From: an uncultured Bacteroidales bacterium
GTDB lineage: Bacteria > Bacteroidota > Bacteroidia > Bacteroidales > FEN-979
NCBI GenBank assembly: GCA_903915465.1
Contig: CAIWTA010000082.1
Location: 4,183-68,182 of the forward strand
DNA: 64,000 bases
Reading direction: 5' to 3'
Made by a program: the position numbers and the translations under genes. Of this stretch, positions 1-9,647 are shown one piece after another. The first letter of the stretch is position 1. Each line of letters opens with the position of its first letter. The notes under the pieces are model-generated. The model had not been told where the DNA came from. It was given only the letters and a program-made list of their open reading frames with translations, and ran no database searches.

Positions 1-912
1 ATTCGGTTCATCAAGACAAAGTCCATAGAAATCCGGACTATCAGAACCAATAAAATGGATGGCCAGACTGGAAGGAGATTCTGCAAAAGTGCATTCAATC
101 GTCTGCAGGTGATTACATGGAGCAAGTGTATCAACCTGGATTTGTTGATCACGAATAAGAAATTTTGTTTTTATGGATGCATGGTTATTTGCATAAAAGA
201 TCCTGCAACGGCTGTATTTCTGAAGTTTCCCATAGGACCTTCCGGATCCGGATATTTTAATCCAGGCTTCTTTATCAGGGAAAAACGGTGTTAATGAATC
301 CTGCAACGGTGTAAACCGGAAATAGTTGGCCAATGCGCCGTATGGTCTCTTCCCCTGACGGCTGTAAGGAGTACCAATCAGGCTGAAACGGCTCCAGTTA
401 CCGGAATTTGTAATTTGTAAGGAAAGCCGGCTTGTTTCATCACTAAAAGAAAGTAACCCGGTGCCATTTCCTCCGAACTCACTCTGGAACCTGAAACGCA
501 AGTACTCCGTGATGCGGTCAGCTTCTAGTTGGGAATCACCGTAATGAAGGATATGGATACATTCTTTTGTTGGCGACATATCTGCAAGTATCCGGAAGAA
601 AGGATCAAGCGTAGCCTTGCTGCTGTCAGAGTATTCCAAAAATTGACTAACTGCTGGATGTGGAATTGTGTCATGGAGAATAATTGCTTTCACAGATTTT
701 ATTGCCACGACAGAATCTGCTTTATCGTTTTGGGCCTGCTTGGAAATATCAGCATACGTAATCTGTGCCGGTTGGAAAAATTTTGTGATCGGTGGGATCC
801 TGATATCAAATCCTGCACTGATATGTATTCCATTGACAGGAGAGATAAGTGAAATTAACCCAAGAACAATTCCAATTCCACAAAGTAATAAGAAGATACG
901 GTAAGGTTTCAT
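1..912 (-). CDS. SGNH/GDSL-type hydrolase-like protein, N-terminal part (gene runs off the left edge)
   Basis: Absent from the ORF track because no stop lies in the window. Hand translation from the ATG at 912-910 gives an open frame of 304 codons down to position 1. It starts MKPYRIFLLLCGIGIVLGLISL (signal/TM) and contains HILHYGDSQLEADRITEYLRFRF, a GDS catalytic-serine block. The + strand track ORFs at 55-904 are antisense shadows. Confidence 0.6.
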   Translation of the reverse strand, partial: MKPYRIFLLLCGIGIVLGLISLISPVNGIHISAGFDIRIPPITKFFQPAQITYADISKQAQNDKADSVVAIKSVKAIILHDTIPHPAVSQFLEYSDSSKATLDPFFRILADMSPTKECIHILHYGDSQLEADRITEYLRFRFQSEFGGNGTGLLSFSDETSRLSLQITNSGNWSRFSLIGTPYSRQGKRPYGALANYFRFTPLQDSLTPFFPDKEAWIKISGSGRSYGKLQKYSRCRIFYANNHASIKTKFLIRDQQIQVDTLAPCNHLQTIECTFAESPSSLAIHFIGSDSPDFYGLCLDEPN

Positions 913-960
913 TCAATAATGATTGGTTGATCCCGGCAACAGAGGTTCCAAAAATTCAGG

Positions 961-2283
961 TTATTTCTGGTTTCCTTCTTTCCTGCTCGCAGGAGGAGGA
1001 TGAATGAGCAGTTTTTGACCTACAACAATCGTATTGGAACGAAGATGATTCCAGGCTTTTACATCATCAACTGTAACATGGTATTTGCCTGAGATGGAAC
1101 CAAGATTATCCCCGTTTCGAACAATGTAGCAAGCACCGGAATTGCTGTTTTGACGTGATTTTGTGGAGGATGGGCCGGAAACGCCCGAATGAAATAGAAG
1201 ATCGTTTTGCTTCGCTGTTAAAGCATCTTCTGTCACATTATTCCTGAAGATAGAATCCGACATCTGCCGGAATTGCAAGGCACTGTTGGTAGGAAGCCGC
1301 AAAACATACACTTTACGTTGCGAAGGTAAAATGTCTCTTTTGTACTGCGGATTCATATTGCGAATCTCCTGAAGCGAAACACCGGTAGCATTCGAGATTT
1401 GCTGGAAATGAAGCCGGCGGGAAATATGAATAGTATCAACATCCATTGAAAAATCAAGGATAAACGGCCGAAGACCAAAGTCTCTGTGATATTCTGCTAC
1501 ATAGGTGATGGCCATAAAAGCAGGAAGGTAATCGCGGTCGGCAAGAGGAAGGAAAGGGTACAGGCTCCAAAAGTCTTTCTTCCCGTTTGCACGGCGGATG
1601 GCTTTGTTCACATTTACAGGTCCGGAGACAAAAGCAGTCAATGCAAGAGTCCAATCGTTGTAAAGAGAATATAGCTCTTTCATGTAACGTGCAGCGGCTT
1701 CTGTTGAGCAGATAAGATCTTTCCGCTCATCAACCATCGAATTGATTTCCAGGTTAAATAACTTACCCGTGAGATAAGTCATTTTCCAATAGCCGGTTGC
1801 TCCGTTTCCCGATGTTGAATTGGGATTGTAAATCGAAGCAAATGAAGGCAGATAGGCAAGTTCCAACGGAAGCTGATACTTGGCAAAGATCTGCTTGAAC
1901 ATCGGAACATAATGATCAGAGAGTCCCAACAGCGCACATGAAGCTTCAGGTCTTTTCCGGATCAACAAATCGATGTATTGCTTTACAGTGTCGTTGTAAT
2001 CGACATGGACAACTGAATTCATCTCACAAATCTGGTTCCTGATAATTGAATCATTGAGGACAATATTTCCTGACCTTAAAGATGCCAGGATTTTCCTGTT
2101 TTCCGATTCGTACTTGTGAAATGAAGAAAGGAAAGGATTTCCATTCACAAGTGAATCAAGCTCGCATTGAAAAGAAGGAACCTTAAAGCAAACCGAATCA
2201 CTAACCACATGAAAATGGGCGAAAATAAACGCAGGTAAGAGAAGGAACAAGAGGTTTAACAGAAATGTCTTTTTTACAGGCAT
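961..2283 (-). CDS. lytic murein transglycosylase (MltD-like) with C-terminal LysM domain
   Basis: N-terminal signal peptide. Transglycosylase-like core (ELAYLPSFASIYNP...GATGYWKMTY). C-terminal LysM (YIVRNGDNLGSISGKYHVTVDDVKAWNHLRSNTIVVGQKLLI). Confidence 0.75.
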   Translation of the reverse strand: MPVKKTFLLNLLFLLLPAFIFAHFHVVSDSVCFKVPSFQCELDSLVNGNPFLSSFHKYESENRKILASLRSGNIVLNDSIIRNQICEMNSVVHVDYNDTVKQYIDLLIRKRPEASCALLGLSDHYVPMFKQIFAKYQLPLELAYLPSFASIYNPNSTSGNGATGYWKMTYLTGKLFNLEINSMVDERKDLICSTEAAARYMKELYSLYNDWTLALTAFVSGPVNVNKAIRRANGKKDFWSLYPFLPLADRDYLPAFMAITYVAEYHRDFGLRPFILDFSMDVDTIHISRRLHFQQISNATGVSLQEIRNMNPQYKRDILPSQRKVYVLRLPTNSALQFRQMSDSIFRNNVTEDALTAKQNDLLFHSGVSGPSSTKSRQNSNSGACYIVRNGDNLGSISGKYHVTVDDVKAWNHLRSNTIVVGQKLLIHPPPASRKEGNQK

Positions 2284-2428
2284 CAGGGTTAATTTCGGAA
2301 TGCAAAAAAAAGTAAAAATTAAGACATTTCCGAATCCTGCATCATCTTTTATGAAAAATTAACTTCTCAGGTAATAAGAAGAAACCTCATTAATACTCTA
2401 TCTTGGTCGTATCCAAAGGAAACTATTG

Positions 2429-3403
2429 CTAATGCTTCAGGATCCATGCATCTTTATAGATCTTTTTGACTTCTCTCAAAGCACTGTCGGCGCTCGGTTT
2501 ATTGGTATAATCAAGGACAGAAACACGAAGTTTATGATCTTTTTCAAGCATCTTTGCTTCCGAATAGCCCTGTCTTTTCAAATCATCCAGAGCCTTCACC
2601 ATTTCATCGCGTGGAGATTGGCTTTTGACAACGATATAATAACGACCGGAAGGACTTTGCAAAATATCAGGCTGAACCTGGGTCACAGGAGTTTTAATAT
2701 GTCCTTTGGGTTTCAAATATCCTGTTTTGGAAGTTTCAGCTTTTGTTGTTTTGGTAGCTATACCTTCAGTTTTTGATGGGACTGCCTTGGTATTATCTGT
2801 GGGAACCAAGCCACAGACAATAGGAATACCTTCCTGGTCAGAGAGTTCACCAAACCATGCAGCGGCATAATTTTCATAGATGGAAACCCCGATTGCATTC
2901 CATTTCATTCCATTCCATTTCCCGGTATTCATAAGGAAACCGTTAAAATAGTCCACCGATTTCCAGAATGCGATAATGCTGTCAATCACCGCAGCACTGT
3001 TTTCCCAGTAAACGATTTCGTATCCTTTTCCTTTATATTTCGTCAGTTCCTTGGGTTTATCCCACACGCTATTCTTCTTGTTCTCGTCTCTCGGGTAACA
3101 GAAAGGTTTCCAGTATCCATTGGCAGACCATGAATGCGAATTGCACGAACCTCTGTCGGGATTATTGAGAAACAGGTCTTTGACATGCGTAGATGCCACG
3201 TAGCTTAAGGATTTTGATAAAGGGATGGGAGGAAGGTCATATCGGGCACGGTAATCATTTATCATGGTGTAAAGTTTGTACTCCATTGGGGAAATACAAA
3301 AGGATGATGGTACTTCCTTCCCCTGTTTACCAGGCTGCTGGCAGAAAGCAGAAAGCTGTAAAGCCACAAATACTAAAAGAAGGATTCGCCAAATGTATCT
3401 CAT
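2429..3403 (-). CDS. secreted CAP/SCP-like domain protein with C-terminal SPOR domain
   Basis: Signal peptide MRYIWRILLLVFVALQLSAF. CAP-like core (INDYRARYDLPPIPLSKSLSYVASTHVKD...WENSAAVIDSIIAFWKS...AIGVSIYENYAAAWFG). SPOR-like tail (YYIVVKSQSPRDEMVKALDDLKRQGYSEAKML...LRVSVLDYTNKPSADSALREVKKIY). Confidence 0.55.
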   Translation of the reverse strand: MRYIWRILLLVFVALQLSAFCQQPGKQGKEVPSSFCISPMEYKLYTMINDYRARYDLPPIPLSKSLSYVASTHVKDLFLNNPDRGSCNSHSWSANGYWKPFCYPRDENKKNSVWDKPKELTKYKGKGYEIVYWENSAAVIDSIIAFWKSVDYFNGFLMNTGKWNGMKWNAIGVSIYENYAAAWFGELSDQEGIPIVCGLVPTDNTKAVPSKTEGIATKTTKAETSKTGYLKPKGHIKTPVTQVQPDILQSPSGRYYIVVKSQSPRDEMVKALDDLKRQGYSEAKMLEKDHKLRVSVLDYTNKPSADSALREVKKIYKDAWILKH

Positions 3404-5424
3404 TTTGATTTCCTCGTTTTCTTAACCTTAAGTTGGACTTCAGCAGGAAGTGTTTTCGTGGAACTAAAAATAATGGTTTGGTCACGATCCAGGATACGGG
3501 CGTAAAATCCATATGCATCGGAGTTATTTTCAATCTTCAGCAAAAGTTTGTTCCATCCCTTATGAACATGAAGAAAGACCTGCCCCTGATCCGGTTCAGC
3601 GATCCGTGAACCGATGTACTTGAAAATTTGTTTATCATTGAAGAATATCTTCATCCCGTCATCCGATCCTACCAGCAAATTCACAATCCGGTCTTCTTTT
3701 GAATAAACATATGAAAGCGCGTAGCTGATGGCTATTTCGTTTGGTTTTATAAAATCCTGTAATGAAACATACCCGCTGGCAGGAACTTTTATTTTTTGCC
3801 AATGAATATACTTTCCCTTAACGCCCGGATAGGTAGCATTATCATCAATGTTCTTTTCAGGTGGATAGATGGAATCCAGTCCTGACCGATTATTTTTTGA
3901 CTTTTTCTGATTTGTAAATGCCCCTGCAATAAGCCAATCAGGAAAATAATCACGCTGGGGGATCATCTTTATGCCGTCTAATCCTGTATAAAAACCGGTT
4001 GATAAACTGTCTTTGCCTTCCACAACAAATTTGAGGATGACGCCAAATCCCGGATTTGGAACGTCTTTCAGAATGATGCTTCCACCTGGGTTGATGATTG
4101 GTGAGAAACCATGAATTTCGCCCACTCTCTTATCGTCAATGAAAATTCCGACATTTCCAAAATTAGGAGCCTGTGAATAATAAATGTTGATGGTGTATGA
4201 CAATTCTTCGAGTTTCGGAAGATTTAAAATAAAAGAATCGCCATTCTTAGATTCGACAAGCATTTGTTTTAAACCACTCCATTCTGGACCATGATCTGAC
4301 ATGTCGATCACCTTTGATTGAACTCCGCTAAGACTGAACTTAAGATTCTCAGCTTCCATGATCCGGATAGGTGTGATAGTCCGTAATGGAATCCTTTGAC
4401 CAGCCTTGGATATGGTGGGAAATTTCTGATGGGGCTCTAACTGATACCAGTAAACCGTACTGCTGTAATCTGCAACATCCCTGTTTCCTTTACCATGTTC
4501 AAAACTAAAATAGATGGATTTCTTAAACGGGATTGCATCCGCGATATGAAATCTGTATGCAGCAATCCTGCTGAGGGAATCGTTCTTAAGAATCAAACCA
4601 TTGTAAGGACCCGCATATTCACCGCGGTTAAAGTTCCATCCGCTGGAGAAGTAATCTTCTGTAGCTGTTCCAAACATCGAAGGCTTCTTTTCCCCATCCA
4701 CAAAAACTTTTTCTGTTCCATCAAGAAATGAAAATGTACCATCATAGGCTTGGATATTCATATTAACTCCTACAACATGCCCCTTGCCTTTTGTTTTCAG
4801 GATCGTATAATTTGAATCATAATCTGTACGGACATCCCGGTGCCAGTATGCATGAAAATAAGCCACGTCCATGCTTATCGGGTCCTCCAGCTTCTGGTAA
4901 TTGATTTGATAGTAAAAACCCTGAATTTCCAAACCTGTCTCGTTGACAATATCAATTTTTGCGTTCCGTTCGAAGGGCATCGGGAAAAAGCATGTGTACC
5001 CGCCTCCCGTCATGCCCAGATAAGGAGTCGAATATTGTTTATAATCAAATCCGCATCCAAAAAAATCTCCCAATGGTACCTCCACGGATGGATTTTCTTC
5101 TTCATCCCAATACATTCGGATCAGGATCCTTCTTAAAAAATAAGGATCTTTTGAATCAACCGTGAACCAGATACGCGTAATGATACCGGGGCCTGTGGCA
5201 TTCAGGATAGTGGCAGCCTTCCCGGTTTGTATTACCAGCCGGTCGTTGTTTTTTCCTGAGCTGTCATGGCTTGAAACCTCGATCAGTTTGCTGGGTTTCA
5301 GGTAAGGCAGTTCACCAGGGTTTAATATCTTTTCGATTTCAACCTGGTTCGGGGAAATACAGGAAGTAAGGATCATTCCAATTATTAACAGAGCCAGGAA
5401 TACAGGGTAAAAACGACTTTTCAT
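3400..5424 (-). CDS. DUF2961 / GH172-family glycoside-hydrolase-like lipoprotein with extra C-terminal beta-sandwich region
   Basis: DUF2961 signature blocks GPGIITRIWFT and IRMYWDEEENPSVEVPLGDFFGCGF. Start moved to the internal ATG at 5424 (MKSRFYPVFLALLIIGMILTSC, lipobox). The C-terminal roughly 180 aa resemble a lectin/jelly-roll module (LLVGSDDGMKIFFNDKQIF...HKGWNKLLLKIENNSDAYGFYARI). Confidence 0.7.
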   Translation of the reverse strand: MKSRFYPVFLALLIIGMILTSCISPNQVEIEKILNPGELPYLKPSKLIEVSSHDSSGKNNDRLVIQTGKAATILNATGPGIITRIWFTVDSKDPYFLRRILIRMYWDEEENPSVEVPLGDFFGCGFDYKQYSTPYLGMTGGGYTCFFPMPFERNAKIDIVNETGLEIQGFYYQINYQKLEDPISMDVAYFHAYWHRDVRTDYDSNYTILKTKGKGHVVGVNMNIQAYDGTFSFLDGTEKVFVDGEKKPSMFGTATEDYFSSGWNFNRGEYAGPYNGLILKNDSLSRIAAYRFHIADAIPFKKSIYFSFEHGKGNRDVADYSSTVYWYQLEPHQKFPTISKAGQRIPLRTITPIRIMEAENLKFSLSGVQSKVIDMSDHGPEWSGLKQMLVESKNGDSFILNLPKLEELSYTINIYYSQAPNFGNVGIFIDDKRVGEIHGFSPIINPGGSIILKDVPNPGFGVILKFVVEGKDSLSTGFYTGLDGIKMIPQRDYFPDWLIAGAFTNQKKSKNNRSGLDSIYPPEKNIDDNATYPGVKGKYIHWQKIKVPASGYVSLQDFIKPNEIAISYALSYVYSKEDRIVNLLVGSDDGMKIFFNDKQIFKYIGSRIAEPDQGQVFLHVHKGWNKLLLKIENNSDAYGFYARILDRDQTIIFSSTKTLPAEVQLKVKKTRKSK

Positions 5425-5494
5425 TGGTTGTTTTTTGAATGGAGATTGTTGAAAAACCCATGCAAAGATGTGCAAAATTAAGTCATTTAATGGG

Positions 5495-7231
5495 TTATTT
5501 CACATTTTCTTCAATCAGCAATTTTGCTATTATGGAATCAGGAAAATAGTTTTTGATACCGATTGCTGTATCAGCATCCGGAGAATAGAATTCCCGGAAT
5601 TCATGATTTTTGGAAAGTTGTGTGGACACACAAAATTTCATCTTTGTGGATAACTGTTTTGCAATATCATCGTAACCGTTATTTTTCATACCAATATAAT
5701 CTATGTAATTCCATAAAAGTTTTTCATAAGGTTTTGGACTAACCATCGAATCCTGATTCAAAATAATTGATGATTTCTTTGACCATTCGACCGATTCTGT
5801 GGTTTTTCCAATCTCCTTTGCCATCCATGCCAGGCAGCGCGCTTCAATGGAAATCAACAAAGCCAGATCGGGATCATTCTCAGTGGTTGAAAGATTTTCA
5901 AGAATCAGACGATCGACATACTTTCCGCCGGAAACATAGATTTCCTTCAGGAATTGCCTTTCTCCGGATACTTTATAAATCTCCATTCCGATCCAGTTGT
6001 AGAATGGTAAGGATCTTGATGAATCTCTTTGATGAAATCTCAACGGCTTACCACGTTCCGCTTGTTCTTTTAGTAAACGGAAGGCATTTTCAGCCGATTT
6101 CGGATCTATGTAAACATATCCCATAAGACCGGGCGCTTCCTGCCACAATTGCAGCTCCTGGTCCTTGTCTGGCGCACGATCCCGTGAGGAAGAAAAAAAG
6201 TTGAACCGTGAGTTGCCGGAAGCCGGAAAGATGGAATTTCTCGCAAGGTTAAGCGCACTGATGTATAACAATTTATCTCCCGGATTCCCAAACTTGATTT
6301 TCGGAATATTTAAAAAAAGCATCAGGTTATCTTCGAAAAAAGTTTTCAAAAAGCAACCCTTCAGATTAACCGCTTCTTTCATCAACTGACCAGGATCTTC
6401 TTGCTGCCGCTGTGTTCCACGGATATACCGGAAAGAAATTGTTTCTTTTGGCCTGATCAATCTCTTTTGATAAAGCACAAAAAAATTGGCAGAAGACTTG
6501 TTGTAAAGATTTTGGGAATCCGGCTTTTCTTCATAGGCAGAATCATTCATCAGAGATTTATAAAAATCCTCCCGGGTAGAATGATAATATTTATAGGATA
6601 AAATTCTGGGAGAAGCCGTAAAGAATTCTGTGATATTAATTGGACGGTTAGTTTCTATCTCCTTGCTATTGATCATTTTCCTGCTACTTGCAATACGGTT
6701 TGCCAGAATACCTGCATATTCACGGTTGTATTCAATATCCTCTACAGAATCATTACCAAAATCCAGGACAGGAAAAATTGAGACTTCATGTGGTTGTGTG
6801 TCAGTACTCCTGATTTCCATTTCCACCACCGAAAGCGTAGAACTGTAAACAAGGAAAGTCTCTCTTACCTGGATACAACTCGCTGGCTGATATTCCATGA
6901 TCATCATATCGGGAAAGGAATAAATGACGACGGGTTTCCTAAAATAATCACTGGTTTTCTTAACAAGAACATCATCAATTTTCCAGAATGAAAACATCGT
7001 GCCAGATCCATTTCCCGAATAATTTACTAAGCAGGAATCGGAGTAATAGTCCATTTTGTAGAACATATCCTCTGAAAGAGCTGACCTCGACATTGTGGCT
7101 GCATAAGTAGTGTACAAAGGATCTTTAGCAGCGGCATTAATTTTAAGGTAATTGTCAATGACGGTCAACGACTGTGAAAAGAAAAATGTTGGTAGTGTTA
7201 GCAGGATTAAAAGAAGGGAATTTCGTTTCAT
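5495..7231 (-). CDS. secreted hypothetical protein, possible (alpha/alpha)6 six-hairpin glycosidase-like C-terminus
   Basis: Signal peptide from the internal ATG at 7231 (MKRNSLLLILLTLPTFFFSQS). The C-terminal third has GH63/trehalase-like features (EARCLAWMAKEIG..., HEFREFYSPDADTAIGIKNYFPDS). The fold assignment is tentative. Confidence 0.4.
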   Translation of the reverse strand: MKRNSLLLILLTLPTFFFSQSLTVIDNYLKINAAAKDPLYTTYAATMSRSALSEDMFYKMDYYSDSCLVNYSGNGSGTMFSFWKIDDVLVKKTSDYFRKPVVIYSFPDMMIMEYQPASCIQVRETFLVYSSTLSVVEMEIRSTDTQPHEVSIFPVLDFGNDSVEDIEYNREYAGILANRIASSRKMINSKEIETNRPINITEFFTASPRILSYKYYHSTREDFYKSLMNDSAYEEKPDSQNLYNKSSANFFVLYQKRLIRPKETISFRYIRGTQRQQEDPGQLMKEAVNLKGCFLKTFFEDNLMLFLNIPKIKFGNPGDKLLYISALNLARNSIFPASGNSRFNFFSSSRDRAPDKDQELQLWQEAPGLMGYVYIDPKSAENAFRLLKEQAERGKPLRFHQRDSSRSLPFYNWIGMEIYKVSGERQFLKEIYVSGGKYVDRLILENLSTTENDPDLALLISIEARCLAWMAKEIGKTTESVEWSKKSSIILNQDSMVSPKPYEKLLWNYIDYIGMKNNGYDDIAKQLSTKMKFCVSTQLSKNHEFREFYSPDADTAIGIKNYFPDSIIAKLLIEENVK

Positions 7232-7266
7232 GCAATAATTTTTTCGGATCATTTATGAAAAAATTC

Positions 7267-7917
7267 TCACAGATATTCCAGTAATTCATTCAGGGAATAT
7301 GCCACAGGCAAACCACAACCGAGAATTCGTTCTTCGGAATGATGCCCGTTGGGAATCAGTATACAATCAATCCCAAGTTCGGCAGACACCTCGGCATCAT
7401 GGTTGGTATCCCCGATAAAAATGATCCTTTCTACCGGTATATTTAACGCTTTCAATAAAGTTCTTCCGATATCAGATTTCCCATGTGCAAAATGATCATT
7501 GAGTCCGGTGATGCGATCGAAATATTTCCCAACTCCGAGTTTATCGGTTTCTGATTTTAACTCATTTTCTTCGCGGGCTGACAAAATATATTGTCTATAG
7601 CCTTTTTTCTTCAGTGTTTCCAGGATTTCCGGTACCTCACTGTAAAGGCTGCATTCATTCTGTCTTAAATTGTACATCATCATGAATTCCATCCCAATCG
7701 CTTCGAAAGGCTCGACATTGAAATCAAAACCAAGTTTATTGTAATAATCCTTGACGGGAAAATCAAAAATTGTCCGGTACTTTTGCAACGATAATGGCGA
7801 TAAACCGTGGTCTGATAACATTCTGTTCATCACTTCAACACATAGCCAGGCATCATTCAGCAATGTTCCGTTCCAATCCCATATGATATGAGAATACTTC
7901 CGAGGTTGCACCTTCAT
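7267..7917 (-). CDS. HAD-family hydrolase (phosphoglycolate-phosphatase-like)
   Basis: HAD motif I at the N-terminus (HIIWDWNGTLLND) and motif IV (IFIGDTNHDAEV). The track start at 8055 would overlap the divergent radical-SAM gene. The ATG at 7917 (MKVQPRKYSHIIWDWNG) is the plausible start. Confidence 0.8.
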   Translation of the reverse strand: MKVQPRKYSHIIWDWNGTLLNDAWLCVEVMNRMLSDHGLSPLSLQKYRTIFDFPVKDYYNKLGFDFNVEPFEAIGMEFMMMYNLRQNECSLYSEVPEILETLKKKGYRQYILSAREENELKSETDKLGVGKYFDRITGLNDHFAHGKSDIGRTLLKALNIPVERIIFIGDTNHDAEVSAELGIDCILIPNGHHSEERILGCGLPVAYSLNELLEYL

Positions 7918-7983
7918 GAAAAGAGTAAATTTGTACGTTAGGGTTTTCTTTTTTTCAAAAATAGACAAAAACGACATTCCTTC

Positions 7984-8928
7984 ATGGATTTTCCTTTCAC
8001 TTCCGAAATGATCATTGAACTTCACGACTGCGCAATTTGCCCGCGCAATTGTCACGCCAACCGGTTTTCAAAAAAGCCGGGTTACTGTAATACAAGTGCT
8101 TCTTTAAGCATTTCTTCCATTTGTGTCCACCGTGGCGAAGAACCACCAATCTCGGGAGCAGATGGTATCTGTAACATATTTTTTACCGGTTGTAACCTGC
8201 AATGCATCTTTTGCCAGAATTATCAGATAAGCAATAAAAGATTTTCCCGTGCTGCGAATGAGCGCCCACTCAGTGTAATTCTCGATCAGATCACTTCCAT
8301 CCTGGATAAAGGGATTAACCGTGTGGGTTTTGTTTCTCCTTCACATTGCATACCGCAAATGAAGCTCATCATCAAAGGGCTTCATTCAATCGGGTATAGG
8401 CCCAAAATGGTATTCAATACCAATGCTTATGACAGGGTTGAGACCATCCGGTCTCTTGAGGGCATTATCGATGTTTATCTTCCTGATTTTAAGTACATGG
8501 AAGAAAAACTGGCCAAAGATTATTCAGATGCTAAAGATTATCCGGAAGTTGCTTCATCCGCGATAAAAGAAATGTACCGGCAAAAAGGAGCTGCATTACA
8601 TTTGGATGAGTTTGGAAGGGCGGAATCTGGAATTATTATCAGACATCTTGTTCTGCCTGGTCATATTGAAAATAGTTTGAAGGTATTGCAACATATTGCC
8701 ACAGAGATCTCTGCGAAAATACATATCTCATTGATGTCGCAATATTACCCGACACCGCAGGTGAGCTGCCATCCAGAACTGAACAGAACACTTACGGCTG
8801 CTGAATATAGAGAAGTAGCCGGCGAAATGGAAAATCTGGGCATGGAAAATGGGTGGATTCAGGAACTCGGGAGTACCTCACATTACAAGCCCGATTTTGA
8901 AAGGATCAATCCGTTTGAAGAATCCTGA
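7984..8928 (+). CDS. radical SAM protein (PflX-type pyruvate-formate-lyase-activating-enzyme-like)
   Basis: CxxxCxxC cluster motif CNLQCIFCQN. An N-terminal extra Cys cluster (CAICPRNCHANR...PGYC) is typical of the PflX/COG1313 group. Confidence 0.8.
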   Translation: MDFPFTSEMIIELHDCAICPRNCHANRFSKKPGYCNTSASLSISSICVHRGEEPPISGADGICNIFFTGCNLQCIFCQNYQISNKRFSRAANERPLSVILDQITSILDKGINRVGFVSPSHCIPQMKLIIKGLHSIGYRPKMVFNTNAYDRVETIRSLEGIIDVYLPDFKYMEEKLAKDYSDAKDYPEVASSAIKEMYRQKGAALHLDEFGRAESGIIIRHLVLPGHIENSLKVLQHIATEISAKIHISLMSQYYPTPQVSCHPELNRTLTAAEYREVAGEMENLGMENGWIQELGSTSHYKPDFERINPFEES

Positions 8929-8964
8929 GATGTGAAGAAAAGTAGGATGATACGTTGATTTTCA

Positions 8965-9642
8965 TCATTTCCATTTACCTTGACAGGTTTTGTGACGCAA
9001 AGCTTTCTTTAATAATTTGAGATATTCTTCCCTGGGAATCATTTCAGATCCAAGGCTGATCATATGCTTTGTCTCAACTTGTGAGTCAATGAAAAGGAAT
9101 TCAAGTTCTTTGGCTTTTTGCACAAGATGAAATAATGCCACCTTAGATGCGTCAGTCATGCAGAAAAACATCGACTCACCAAAAAATGCACTTCCAAGTG
9201 AAACGCCGTAAAGGCCGCCTACAAGCTCACCTTCAAAATAAGTCTCCACGCAATGAGCATACCCGGCCTGATGCAAATTCAGATATGCATCTTTCATTTC
9301 TTTGGTCAGCCACGTTCCTTCTTTAATTTCTCTTTCACCGCTGGCACACTGCTCAAGAACTTGCATAAATGCAGAATCCCATTTGACTTCAAAAAGGTTC
9401 TTTTTAATCTTTTGCCGAAGGCTGTGTGAAATTTTGAAACGATCTGGAAATAACACCAGTCTTGGATCTGGAGACCACCATAGGATGGGATCTTCTTCAG
9501 AAAACCAGGGGAATATCCCATTGGAGTAAGCGTCAATTAATCGTTTAACGCTCAGATCTCCGCCGATAGCAAGCAATCCGCCTTCCTCTGCATAAGAAAC
9601 ATCAGGAAAAATAATTTCATCCGGTAACTGAAAAATGGGCAT
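8965..9642 (-). CDS. aat: leucyl/phenylalanyl-tRNA--protein transferase
   Basis: Family-typical blocks GGDLSVKRLIDAYSNGIFPWFSEEDPILWWSPDPRLVLFP and GESMF. Start set at the ATG at 9642 (MPIFQLPDE), which removes the overlap with the upstream gene. Confidence 0.9.
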   Translation of the reverse strand: MPIFQLPDEIIFPDVSYAEEGGLLAIGGDLSVKRLIDAYSNGIFPWFSEEDPILWWSPDPRLVLFPDRFKISHSLRQKIKKNLFEVKWDSAFMQVLEQCASGEREIKEGTWLTKEMKDAYLNLHQAGYAHCVETYFEGELVGGLYGVSLGSAFFGESMFFCMTDASKVALFHLVQKAKELEFLFIDSQVETKHMISLGSEMIPREEYLKLLKKALRHKTCQGKWK

Positions 9643-9647
9643 TGCTT

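Noticed and set aside
55-904. Three plus-strand track ORFs (55-294, 529-852, 668-904)
   Set aside because: They overlap each other and lie antisense to a continuous 304-codon minus-strand frame carrying a signal peptide and a GDS hydrolase motif. Their sequences are Cys/Trp-rich and low in plausibility.
7918-8055. N-terminal extension of the HAD hydrolase ORF (track start 8055), and similar extensions at 9643-9684, 10833-10982, 30771-30827 and 61821-61946
   Set aside because: Each extension overlaps the start of a divergent or upstream gene. Each lacks family-typical sequence and precedes an internal start that restores the normal N-terminus. In three cases a TAnnTTTG box lies downstream of the track start.
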